Positions 7,935 to 16,872 of a stretch of DNA of 25,973 nt are shown here, in pieces. The notes under the pieces were generated by a model. The model ran no database searches, was not told where the DNA came from, and saw nothing but the letters and a program-made list of their open reading frames with translations. The stretch spans positions 1 through 25,973 of the forward strand of contig JAJOLB010000040.1 of NCBI GenBank assembly GCA_021129535.1, read 5' to 3'. Position 1 is the first letter of the stretch; each line of letters begins with the position of its first letter. The position numbers and the translations under genes are program-made. This DNA is from Minisyncoccota bacterium (GTDB taxonomy: Bacteria; Patescibacteriota; Minisyncoccia; Phycocordibacterales; UBA1006).

Positions 7935-8804
7935 ATGAAGCCTAATTACCAGCAATTTAAAAATACTGTCATGGAACATTACGGGGAATATGGGCGACAT
8001 GATTTACCTTGGCGGTTAAATCAATCACCATATTATGTGTTAGTTTCTGAGATAATGTTACAGCAAACCCAGGTTGATAGGGTTATTCCATTTTTTGAAA
8101 AATGGATGGAACAGTTTCCAGATATTCAAACACTTGCGACAGCAAAGCAATCTGATGTTTTGCGTCTATGGAAAGGTCTTGGTTACAATTCACGGGCTCT
8201 ACGGTTGCAAAAATGTGCACAGGTGACTATGAATGACTATTTTGGAGTAATCCCGCAGGACTATAAAAAACTGCTGGATTTGCCAGGGATTGGACCCTAT
8301 ACTGCGGCGGCATTAATGAATTTTGCATTTAATACGTGGACGCCATTAATTGAAACAAATATTCGTAGGATTTTTATTCATCATTTTTTCAAAGATGATT
8401 CGCAAATTTCTGATACAGATATTATGGACATGGTGGAGTCTGTTGGTTTTTGTGATGAACCCAAAATATGGTGTTCTGCATTGATGGACTATGGATCTAC
8501 ATTACCAAAGATTATTAAACATAATCCAAATATAAAATCAAAACATTATACCAAGCAATCAAAGTTCGAAGGTTCCGACCGACAAATCCGGGGAATGATT
8601 TTAGAAATTTTACTGGAAAAGAAAAACGGAAAAATGTTGCAGTCGTTGTTGTTTAAGAAATTATATAAACTTTGTCATCAAAAATCACTTTGTCATTCCA
8701 TACTTGATCCGGAATCTCAAAATCTTCGTTACAAAAATATCATTACAAAACTAATAACCGAAGGCTTCATTATAAAAGAAAAAAAGAGCATTATTTTGAA
8801 ATAA
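7935..8804 (+). CDS. mutY: A/G-specific adenine glycosylase, short form without Fe-S cluster cysteines
   Basis: HDLPWR, VSEIMLQQTQV, WKGLGYNSRA, HhH LPGIGPYTA; ALMDYG is followed by no Cys motif; no C-terminal NUDIX-like domain. Confidence 0.88.
   Translation: MKPNYQQFKNTVMEHYGEYGRHDLPWRLNQSPYYVLVSEIMLQQTQVDRVIPFFEKWMEQFPDIQTLATAKQSDVLRLWKGLGYNSRALRLQKCAQVTMNDYFGVIPQDYKKLLDLPGIGPYTAAALMNFAFNTWTPLIETNIRRIFIHHFFKDDSQISDTDIMDMVESVGFCDEPKIWCSALMDYGSTLPKIIKHNPNIKSKHYTKQSKFEGSDRQIRGMILEILLEKKNGKMLQSLLFKKLYKLCHQKSLCHSILDPESQNLRYKNIITKLITEGFIIKEKKSIILK
8691..8717 (+). repeat. REP-like palindrome inside the mutY coding frame
   Basis: TGTCATTCCATACTTGATCCGGAATCT, read as CHSILDPES. Confidence 0.8.
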
Positions 8805-8852
8805 ATAAGCTCTTTTAATTTATGTTATTTAAGTAAATGCTATAATAGAAAC

Positions 8853-11800
8853 ATGAAAATATCTGAAAAAGTATTCAACAAACAATATAAAATTCTCAAC
8901 CCAGAACAGAAACGTGCCGTCGACAGCATAGACGGTCCAGTCTTTGTTATGGCGGGTCCAGGAACAGGGAAAACCCAAATTCTGACATTGCGTATTGCAA
9001 ATATTCTGCGTGAGGCATCTGACATCGAGCCGGAAAACATTTTGGCACTGACATTCACCAATGCTGCGGCATATAATATGCGTGAACGTTTATCAGATAT
9101 TATTGGAGGAGAATTGGCATACCGTGTGACTATTTCAACATTTCACGCCTTTGCCGAGGATACGATGAAAAAATTTCCAGAATATTTTCCGCAATTTATT
9201 GCTGCGCGATTGTTGTCGCCGGTAGAGCAGATTGAACTCTTGGAAAAATTGGTGAATAAAATGACAGAATTAGTTCATTTCTCAAAATTTAAACGACGGG
9301 AAAATACCTTGAAAACTATTGCCTTTTCAATTGGAAAAATAAAGAGCGAGGGAATATCGGTGGATGAATATATTAAACAGGTTAACGAAAAATATCATTT
9401 GGATATGGAAAGTCCTGATATGTTTTATAAGCGAAAACATGGAGAATTCCAAAAAGGAGATTTGAAAATTTCTGCGGTTCGGAAACTTGATCGACGGCGG
9501 GAAAAATCTTTAGAGCTTGCAGACATTTATGAACAATATCAAAATGCACTGATAAAAACTAAAATGTATGATTTTTCAGATTTAATGTTAAATTTTGTAA
9601 CAGAATTAGAATCAGAAACAGAATTCCAAACAGAAATCCAAGAGCAATATCATTATATGTTGGTGGATGAACATCAGGATACGAATGATGCACAAAATAG
9701 AATTTTGCACGCATTAATTGATAATCCAGTCTGGGAAGGGAAGCCAAATATTTTTGTTGTTGGGGACACAAAACAGGCAATTTTTCGTTTTGCAGGAGCG
9801 AGCGATAAATCATATTCATCATTGTTGGCGAAACTCTCAGACGTAGAAACTATCGAGCTGGAACATAACTATCGATCACATCAGAATATTCTAGACACAT
9901 CGCATTCATTGATTTCAAAATCTGAATATCATGTTGATGAAATTAAATTAAAAGCCTTTTTCGATAAGGGTGGAGTTTTCCAATATCGACAATTTGGAAA
10001 TGATAAAATGGAGGTTTTGTATGTTGCCCAAGACATCAAACAACGCATTGCTGATGGTCAGGATATTAATAATATTGCCGTATTATATCGAAACAATAAA
10101 GACGGCGAGGATATCAGAAATCTGCTGTCTATTTATGGAATTCCTGTGCGTGATTTCTCGAAAAAAAATATTTTAAAGGATCGTGATGTGATGAAGATTT
10201 TTCTGTTGCTAGGTTCAATTTATAATATGGACGATAACGAGGTTGTTGCGAAATCTTTATTTATTGATTTCCTTGGTTTTGATATTTATGCCGTACAGCG
10301 AATTATTAATGCAGGAAAGGCTGCAAAAAATGTCACCAAAAAATCAATATACAGCATTATTTCTGATGCAAAACGTATGACTGATATTGGTATTGATGAA
10401 GATAATCAAAATGATTTTCTGGATTATGCTGATATGTTACAGCGTGCAAAATCAGAATCAGAAAATAATGATTTCCTGACATTTTTCTCGTGGTTTGTGC
10501 GTGAATCAGGTGTATTAAAATATTTTTTGGGTCACGCGGATTCAAGTATTGGAATTGGAAAAATTGAAAAGCTCTTTGATGAAATTAGAAAGGAGTCTTT
10601 GGCACGTACAGAATTCAGCTTTGCAGATTTTATTCAGTATCTGAATACTCTAAAAAAACATAATATTGCGATGAATATGACCAATGCATTATCTGACGGT
10701 GTTCAAATGATGACCTTTCATGGATCAAAAGGGCTCGAATTTGAAACGGTTTATATTATAAAATCATTACAAAAACGACGAATGGGTGCAGAGATTGCTT
10801 TGCCGTTCGAGGACTTTTCCGATGGTGCAACTGATGACGAGCGACGTTTATTGTATGTTGCCATAACACGTGCCAAACATGAATGTTACATCTCATCACA
10901 TATTTTAAATGCCGAAGGTAAAGAAAAAAATGCCTCTGCATTTATTGGTGAAATTGACGGACTGGAAACCGTTGATGTTTCTGATTGGGAACGCGAACAT
11001 ACTGGTGATATTGTTGATTTGTTTGGAGAACCAAATGAACATGTGGTGTCATTGCTGGATGCAGAGTATATTCAGCAATTGTTTCGTAGCAAACAATTAT
11101 CAGTTTCGGCATTAAATAATTATATGGAGTCACCATTGAAATATTTTTTCAGAAACCTGGTTGCTTTACCCGAGGCGCGTTCGCATTTTCTAGATTTTGG
11201 GAATTTAATGCATGGAACCTTGGAACATTATTTTGATGTTTGTAAAAACGAGAACAAAATTCTGGGTGCTGACGTTTTGAAAACTTCGTTTGATGCTATC
11301 CTAGATTCAAAACCTTATTATGCAGAATTCGCCGAGCGAGCATGGGGAATGTTGGAATCATATCATGCACACAACAGGGAACAGTTTATGGTTCCTGTCG
11401 AAAATGAATTAACGGTTCGCGGGATTCCCTTTGATATAGGAAATGATGAAACTATTAATCTATCAGGTGCAATTGATAAAATTACACGTAATGATGATGG
11501 TTCATTAACGGTTTGGGATTATAAAACGGGACGAGCCTATTCAGATATGGACAAAGGGCGAAAAGAAAAAACAAAACGACAGGCGACATTTTACAAAATG
11601 TTATTACAGCACGCCTATGACGGGCGATATAATTTTAAATATGCAATATTTGATTTCCTCGAAAAAAATGAAAAAGGGGAATACGAACAAGCAACATTCG
11701 AGATTACCCAATCTGATGTTGATGAATTAAAAGTTCAGATAATGGAACTAGTAAATGATATTAAAAATGGAACATTATTGGAAAAAGATTTCTCACGTGA

Positions 11801-11891
11801 TTCTACAAATGCAGAGTTGTTGGAATTTTTGGAGGTTATGAAAGGTCCACGAACTGCGGAGCAATTGGATTTGTTTGTGAAAAAGTTATAA
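8853..11891 (+). CDS. UvrD/PcrA-like SF1 helicase fused to a C-terminal PD-(D/E)XK (RecB/AddA-like) nuclease
   Basis: AGPGTGKT, LTFTNAAA, VDEHQDTN, GDTKQAIFRF, NYRS, MTFHGSKGLEF, ERRLLYVAITRAK; nuclease motif GAIDKI...WDYKTG. Confidence 0.92.
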   Translation: MKISEKVFNKQYKILNPEQKRAVDSIDGPVFVMAGPGTGKTQILTLRIANILREASDIEPENILALTFTNAAAYNMRERLSDIIGGELAYRVTISTFHAFAEDTMKKFPEYFPQFIAARLLSPVEQIELLEKLVNKMTELVHFSKFKRRENTLKTIAFSIGKIKSEGISVDEYIKQVNEKYHLDMESPDMFYKRKHGEFQKGDLKISAVRKLDRRREKSLELADIYEQYQNALIKTKMYDFSDLMLNFVTELESETEFQTEIQEQYHYMLVDEHQDTNDAQNRILHALIDNPVWEGKPNIFVVGDTKQAIFRFAGASDKSYSSLLAKLSDVETIELEHNYRSHQNILDTSHSLISKSEYHVDEIKLKAFFDKGGVFQYRQFGNDKMEVLYVAQDIKQRIADGQDINNIAVLYRNNKDGEDIRNLLSIYGIPVRDFSKKNILKDRDVMKIFLLLGSIYNMDDNEVVAKSLFIDFLGFDIYAVQRIINAGKAAKNVTKKSIYSIISDAKRMTDIGIDEDNQNDFLDYADMLQRAKSESENNDFLTFFSWFVRESGVLKYFLGHADSSIGIGKIEKLFDEIRKESLARTEFSFADFIQYLNTLKKHNIAMNMTNALSDGVQMMTFHGSKGLEFETVYIIKSLQKRRMGAEIALPFEDFSDGATDDERRLLYVAITRAKHECYISSHILNAEGKEKNASAFIGEIDGLETVDVSDWEREHTGDIVDLFGEPNEHVVSLLDAEYIQQLFRSKQLSVSALNNYMESPLKYFFRNLVALPEARSHFLDFGNLMHGTLEHYFDVCKNENKILGADVLKTSFDAILDSKPYYAEFAERAWGMLESYHAHNREQFMVPVENELTVRGIPFDIGNDETINLSGAIDKITRNDDGSLTVWDYKTGRAYSDMDKGRKEKTKRQATFYKMLLQHAYDGRYNFKYAIFDFLEKNEKGEYEQATFEITQSDVDELKVQIMELVNDIKNGTLLEKDFSRDSTNAELLEFLEVMKGPRTAEQLDLFVKKL

Positions 11892-11991
11892 ACAAGTGAA
11901 CCTCTTTGTTGAGATCAGCGTTTGGGCGCTCACGGTACATAAATACCGCTCGCGCCTAAACACTAATTCCACCGCGATTTTCATCTTGTTT
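11890..11991. repeat. GC-rich nested hairpin (MITE/REPIN-like)
   Basis: Outer AAACAAGTGAA / TTCATCTTGTTT; middle GTTTGGGCGC (11920-29) / GCGCCTAAAC (11952-61); inner CGGTA/TACCG. Confidence 0.55.
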
Positions 11992-12008
11992 CTATAATTT
12001 TTAAATAA

Positions 12009-12036
12009 AAATACACAAGTTGTTACTTGTGTATTT
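12009..12036. terminator. Terminator between convergent genes
   Basis: AAATACACAAGT / ACTTGTGTATTT, 4-nt loop. Confidence 0.7.
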
Positions 12037-12049
12037 AAATATATTAATT

Positions 12050-12496
12050 TTAACTAAAAGATTTATCAATTTTAGTATTAACTTCTTTAGCTCCTATTCC
12101 AGTTAAAAGCGAACCGACAAGAATAGAACATCCCACTAAAAACCTTTTCATTTGTAAAACAACCTCTTGCTTTACTTCTGGTGCTACCTCACGTTCGCCA
12201 ACATGAAAGTTTGCATGACTTAGTGTTTCAACAAAGGAGTCACCTGCTAGATATAATCCAGCCACTCCAACAGCGGCTCCTCCTACCATAACCATTGAAC
12301 CAGGTATTTTTGAGATATTTTTTGCAATTTTTTTTGCAAAAGAAATTTTTTCCTCAGGTTCTAACTGTTCAATCTCTTTCAGGTTTTCTTGAAATTCTTC
12401 AATTTCAGCAGCTTCCAAGGGTGTATCAATAGTCTCTAAATTATCTGTTGGATTAGCATCAACATTTTCTTGTTTATTTTTAAAATCTTCTATCAT
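12050..12496 (-). CDS. Hypothetical membrane protein
   Basis: 148 aa; acidic N-terminus and two Gly-rich hydrophobic segments (VMVGGAAVGVAGLYL; FLVGCSILVGSLLTGIG). Confidence 0.65.
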   Translation of the reverse strand: MIEDFKNKQENVDANPTDNLETIDTPLEAAEIEEFQENLKEIEQLEPEEKISFAKKIAKNISKIPGSMVMVGGAAVGVAGLYLAGDSFVETLSHANFHVGEREVAPEVKQEVVLQMKRFLVGCSILVGSLLTGIGAKEVNTKIDKSFS

Positions 12497-12500
12497 AATA

Positions 12501-12635
12501 TTATTTGTTTAAGAATTCTTTTGAGACAGCATTTACCTCTCTAATAATCTTTGTGAAATGTTTTAATAAAACTTCTTTGTCTATATCGCTAATTTCACCA
12601 TTCTCTAATTTTTCCAATAACTCTTTTGTATTCAT
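12501..12635 (-). CDS. Small hypothetical protein (44 aa), absent from the ORF track
   Basis: MNTKELLEKLENGEISDIDKEVLLKHFTKIIREVNAVSKEFLNK; ends 4 nt before the next ATG; TTGACA upstream on the minus strand (~12692-12697). Confidence 0.5.
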   Translation of the reverse strand: MNTKELLEKLENGEISDIDKEVLLKHFTKIIREVNAVSKEFLNK

Positions 12636-12740
12636 AATATATAATGTATTACCTTATAATATAATTTAAATATATTAAAGATATATAGAGTTGTCAAGTA
12701 GTGTAGTATTGCAGCATTAACTTGATTGTGGATAACTTTT

Positions 12741-12892
12741 TCAATCTTTCAAAAAGTGTGGTTCCTCCCATCCCCAAACCTCTATGTTTCATTCTGAAAT
12801 CTTTTTTCAAAAACAAGTATCTCTTCCTCTGTTTTATTACTTTGAGTGCAAGAGCTTGTTAATACAATAAATTATAAGATTATTTTTTTCAT
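12741..12892 (-). pseudogene. Decayed lipoprotein-like gene fragment
   Basis: MKKIIL*FIVLTSSCTQSNKTEEEILVFEKRFQNET, then a frameshift to EVWGWEEPHFLKD*; looks like a signal peptide II with lipobox Cys. Confidence 0.4.
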
Positions 12893-13006
12893 ATTTTTAA
12901 TTTAATTTTGTGAAATATTTCAATTTAAATATAATAAAGAGAGTTTTGCCAAACAAGAGTTATTTTTTTTCTATGAATATTTATTCATTTTATATATACT
13001 AAAATA

Positions 13007-13804
13007 ATGTTTGAATCTTTTATTTTAGGAGCTGTTCAGGGTATTGCAGAATGGCTACCTGTTTCGTCAGAAGCGATGATTGTTTTGGTAAAAAATAATT
13101 TTTTCCCCAGTGGAATGAATTTTTCTGAAATGATTTCCTTTGCAATTTTTTTACATTTAGGGACATTATTGGCGGCAAGTGTTTATTTTAGAAAAAAAAT
13201 AATTAATCTTGTTAAAAATTTATTTCATTATAAAAAAATATCTAAAGATCAAAAAAATGAATTAAATTTCATTATAATAGCAACACTTATCTCTGGGGTT
13301 TTAGGTTTTTCTATTTTGAAAACTATTGAAAATTATGTGTCATTTTTTGAAAACGAAATGGTTATTAATATTGTGGTTGCGGTGTTTTTGTTAATTACAG
13401 CATTTTTTTTGTTTCTTGCAGAAAGACAGAAGAATATAAAAACGGTGATCCTGACAAAGAAAAAAGCCCTAATAACAGGGATATTTCAGGCCTTTGCCGC
13501 GATTCCTGGAATATCACGTTCAGGGTCAACAATTGCCGGAATGGGGTTATTGGGAATTAAAAAAGAAAAGGTTTTAGAATTGAGCTTTATTTTATCTATT
13601 CCCTTGGTGCTGTTTGCAAATGTTATTTTGAACTATGATATGTTTTCAGAAATTAATTTATCACACATTGTTGCGCTATCTTCGGCATTTGTTTTTGGAA
13701 TATTAACGATTGAAATTTTATTACGTTTAGTAAAAAAAATTAGATTCAGTTATTTTGTTGGGGTTTTTGCCTTGTTAATTATTTTTCTACAAATAGTTTT
13801 ATAA
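13007..13804 (+). CDS. uppP: Undecaprenyl-diphosphate phosphatase (BacA family)
   Basis: GAVQGIAEWLPVSS, LHLGTLLA, IPGISRSGSTI motifs; multi-pass hydrophobic. Confidence 0.93.
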   Translation: MFESFILGAVQGIAEWLPVSSEAMIVLVKNNFFPSGMNFSEMISFAIFLHLGTLLAASVYFRKKIINLVKNLFHYKKISKDQKNELNFIIIATLISGVLGFSILKTIENYVSFFENEMVINIVVAVFLLITAFFLFLAERQKNIKTVILTKKKALITGIFQAFAAIPGISRSGSTIAGMGLLGIKKEKVLELSFILSIPLVLFANVILNYDMFSEINLSHIVALSSAFVFGILTIEILLRLVKKIRFSYFVGVFALLIIFLQIVL

Positions 13805-13837
13805 GATTTAGTTTTTAAATATGCTACTATAATAAAT

Positions 13838-14269
13838 ATGAAATTTATTGCTCGAAAACTTGTTCAATTTGTAGAATGGATTGAAACAATGTCGCCAAAA
13901 CTACATGTTTTCCATATAGAAGATATTTTTGTTATTGTAGTATTGGCGATCACAGCCTTTGTGTTAAAAGGCGACTATATTGAATGGTTTGGTGTATTGG
14001 CGGTATATTTAACCTTTAAACATGATGTTATTGCCTTTCGGTTAGAGGCTGCCGAGGAAGATCGTGAGGAGCACGGAAAACCTTTTATAAAATCATACAA
14101 GGCACAAACACAGTATTTTTATGCGAAAGAAGCTGTTTGGTTGATCTATTTTCTATTGTTTGGTGCATGGTCTGGGTTGGTTGGTGTTATTATATTTTTA
14201 TTGTATCCAACATGGCATGATATTCGTGAAAAATATCACACGAAACGTAAGGAAAATAAACTACTATAG
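13838..14269 (+). CDS. Hypothetical membrane protein
   Basis: 143 aa with 3-4 hydrophobic segments; own -10 box upstream and hairpin downstream. Confidence 0.65.
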   Translation: MKFIARKLVQFVEWIETMSPKLHVFHIEDIFVIVVLAITAFVLKGDYIEWFGVLAVYLTFKHDVIAFRLEAAEEDREEHGKPFIKSYKAQTQYFYAKEAVWLIYFLLFGAWSGLVGVIIFLLYPTWHDIREKYHTKRKENKLL

Positions 14270-14323
14270 TTTGTTTTCTTTTTTTTATTATGTCATAATA
14301 ATACAAAATTTAAAATAAAAAAA

Positions 14324-14798
14324 ATGAAAAAATACATTGTTATTCTGACATTTATGTTAGGTCCTTTGTTTTTTCACAAGGGTTTAAGAAAACAGATATT
14401 GATATTCGTTTCGATCAAGCTCGGTTTAGGATTCATGATTAATTTAAAATTATGAAACAGCCTGTTTCCACCTTTATTATTGTTCGCTTTAATAAATTAG
14501 AGTTCTATGAAGAGATTAAAATCTCCGTGGATAAATATACTGTCTTGAGCCTTGGTGTTGGTGGAGATTATAAATATGAGACAGGAATCATTCACCGCGT
14601 TTACGATTTAATATTATATCGCAGTTTGATCCTTGTGATGTTAGAATTAATATTGGTAGCGATATTAAAACATATGGTGTTTCAACACGTGTAATGTGTA
14701 GTTTTAAAAATAACTTTTCATTTGGTATACAAACGGCAAATGAATTTTATGGACCAAGAGCTGAGTGGGATTTCAAGATCTTCAAAGAAAAAGAATAA
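14324..14798 (+). pseudogene. Fragmented exported-protein gene
   Basis: MKKYIVILTFMLGPLF / frameshift / SQGFKKTDIDIRFDQARFRIHD*FKIMKQPV...GIIHRVYD / frameshift / NIISQFDP...GPRAEWDFKIFKEKE*; includes ORF-track entry 14452-14694. Confidence 0.45.
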
Positions 14799-14863
14799 AG
14801 ATCATAAAGGTTAAATACTTTTATGATTTTTTAATTCTTTTCTAAAACTGATATAATAGAATT

Positions 14864-15913
14864 ATGACTGATAAAAAAACAAGAGTAGCCATTAATGGCT
14901 TTGGACGAATTGGACGAGCATTTTTAAAACTTGCTTATGCGCAACATTCAAATATTGAAATTGTGGCAATTAACGATTTAGGGGATATTGAAAACCTAGC
15001 CTATTTATTAAAATACGATACAGCACAGGGAATGACAGATTTGATTATTGATATTAATGCGGACAAAACACACATGCATGTAAATGGTGATGATATTCGT
15101 GTGCTTCAGCAACGTGCTCCACAAGATCTACCTTGGGCAGAATTAGATATTGATGTGGTTGTAGAATGTACAGGGTTTTTCACGAAATACGATATGGCGG
15201 CACTTCATCTGGACGCTGGTGCAAAACATGTATTGATTTCAGCACCAGGAAAGGGTGAACCTCGGGCAGGTGTAGAATCAGAAACCGTTATTATGGGTGT
15301 AAATACCGAACGTGCAGCAACATGTCAGATTACATCAAATGGTTCATGTACGACAAATGCCAGCGCTCCATTAATGTCTATTCTTAGCGAATCCATTGGT
15401 GTTGAAAAGGCTCTGCTAAATACTACACACGGATATACCGCGACACAGTCAACCGTTGATTCACCAGCGCGTGGATCTGATTTCCGAAAGGGGCGCGCTG
15501 CCGCACAAAATATTGTACCAACATCAACAGGTGCAGCTATTGCGGTGACAAAGGCTTTGCCAGAGCTTGTTGGAAAATTTGATGGTATTGCATGTCGTGT
15601 TCCTGTGGTTACTGGGTCTATTGCTGATGTAACCTTTGTTGCAAGTCGCGATACAAGCGTCGAGGAGATTAATCAGATTCTATCAGACGCAGCACAGTCA
15701 GAGCGATGGAAGGGAATATTTACGGTGACAAACGAACCTGTTGTTTCATCAGATATTATTGGACGAACCGAAGGGTCAATCGCTGATTTGGGAATGACAC
15801 GTGTTGTTGATGGAAATTTGGTAAAGGTTATGGCTTGGTATGATAATGAGATGGGATATACGAATACATTGATTCGTCATTCAATTCAAGTTGGAAAAAA
15901 TCTACATTCTTAA
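14864..15913 (+). CDS. gap: Type I glyceraldehyde-3-phosphate dehydrogenase
   Basis: INGFGRIGR, SNGSCTTN catalytic Cys, HGYTATQ, NIVPTSTGAA, WYDNEMGY. Confidence 0.96.
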   Translation: MTDKKTRVAINGFGRIGRAFLKLAYAQHSNIEIVAINDLGDIENLAYLLKYDTAQGMTDLIIDINADKTHMHVNGDDIRVLQQRAPQDLPWAELDIDVVVECTGFFTKYDMAALHLDAGAKHVLISAPGKGEPRAGVESETVIMGVNTERAATCQITSNGSCTTNASAPLMSILSESIGVEKALLNTTHGYTATQSTVDSPARGSDFRKGRAAAQNIVPTSTGAAIAVTKALPELVGKFDGIACRVPVVTGSIADVTFVASRDTSVEEINQILSDAAQSERWKGIFTVTNEPVVSSDIIGRTEGSIADLGMTRVVDGNLVKVMAWYDNEMGYTNTLIRHSIQVGKNLHS

Positions 15914-15962
15914 AAAATATAAATTTTGAAATTTAAAAAGAGCAGAAATGTTCTTTTTTGTT

Positions 15963-16268
15963 TGTCATTTTGAGCTTGCCGAAGAGTCTTAAAAAATCCG
16001 TCTTCCTGAACTGACCTAAAAAATAATGAGCTTGCGAATATATTTTTGGAAATACTCTTGTGGTGTATTTCAGGATTCAAGGCAATAAAAGAAAGTTTAG
16101 ATTCTGAAACAAGTTCAGAAAAATGAAAATAGATATTATGTCATCCCAGAAAGTATATTTTTTATGAACGAAGTAAATTTAAAAATAGTTTATCAGGGAT
16201 CCAGAGTTATTTAGTTTGTGTTTATTGTGTAAGTAAAACTTTAGATTCCCATTTTCATGGGAATGACA
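15963..16268. repeat. Cluster of five REP-like arms (one single arm and two inverted doublets)
   Basis: TGTCATTTTGAGCTTGCCGAAGAGTCT (15963-89); GTCTTCCTGAACT..TTTCAGGATTC (16000-78) plus AGATTCTGAAACAAGTTCAGAA (16099-120); TGTCATCCC..GGGATCCA (16139-203) plus GATTCCCATTTTCATGGGAATGACA (16244-68). Confidence 0.75.
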
Positions 16269-16389
16269 AAACTTAAGATTTTAGATAATGAAAAACACAC
16301 TAAACAAAATTAATTTTGAGTAGTGTGCAACATACTATATTAAGGACTTATCCTTTTGTGTCTGGGTAAAGGACTCTATTCTTATTCAC

Positions 16390-16713
16390 CTAACTTTCAT
16401 TCTCTAAAATTTTTAAAAAGCTCTCTTCAATTTCATAAAGATTTTTAAAATCAAAAACAATTTCAGCTTCATCATTCATTTCTCTACTATAAGACAGTGA
16501 TTTTAATTTATTTCCCAATAAATTAAAAGGAGTTTTATTAATTCCTCTATGATTTTTTAGTAATTTTTTAAATTTACTAAAAAAATGTTCAACATCTTCG
16601 CCATAGTGTGATAAGTGTCCATCAGCTTTATGTAAACTAATAGAAGACTTCAATGCACTTAGACACTCTTTGATTTGCTCAATATCCGTTTTGTATTTTT
16701 CTTGATTATTCAT
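16390..16713 (-). CDS. Hypothetical protein
   Basis: 107-aa ORF with plausible helical composition; TTGACA upstream on the minus strand (16852-57); no motif recognised. Confidence 0.55.
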   Translation of the reverse strand: MNNQEKYKTDIEQIKECLSALKSSISLHKADGHLSHYGEDVEHFFSKFKKLLKNHRGINKTPFNLLGNKLKSLSYSREMNDEAEIVFDFKNLYEIEESFLKILENES

Positions 16714-16872
16714 TTTTGTTTGTTTTAAAGATTAAATTATTATTTTTGAAATATTTTACCTACGAAATTCATAAACAAAATATTTCAAAAAATGGGAAAC
16801 CTTTAAACGAAAGAACTAATCTGATATAAATGTATCATAGTGTAGATTATTTGTCAAGTATTATGTGGAAAT

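Noticed and set aside
12727-12735. Perfect DnaA box (TGTGGATAA) as a replication origin
   Set aside because: Single box, no cluster and no dnaA/dnaN context.
15963-16268. CRISPR array
   Set aside because: Arms are divergent and inverted relative to each other, spacing is irregular, and there are no cas genes.
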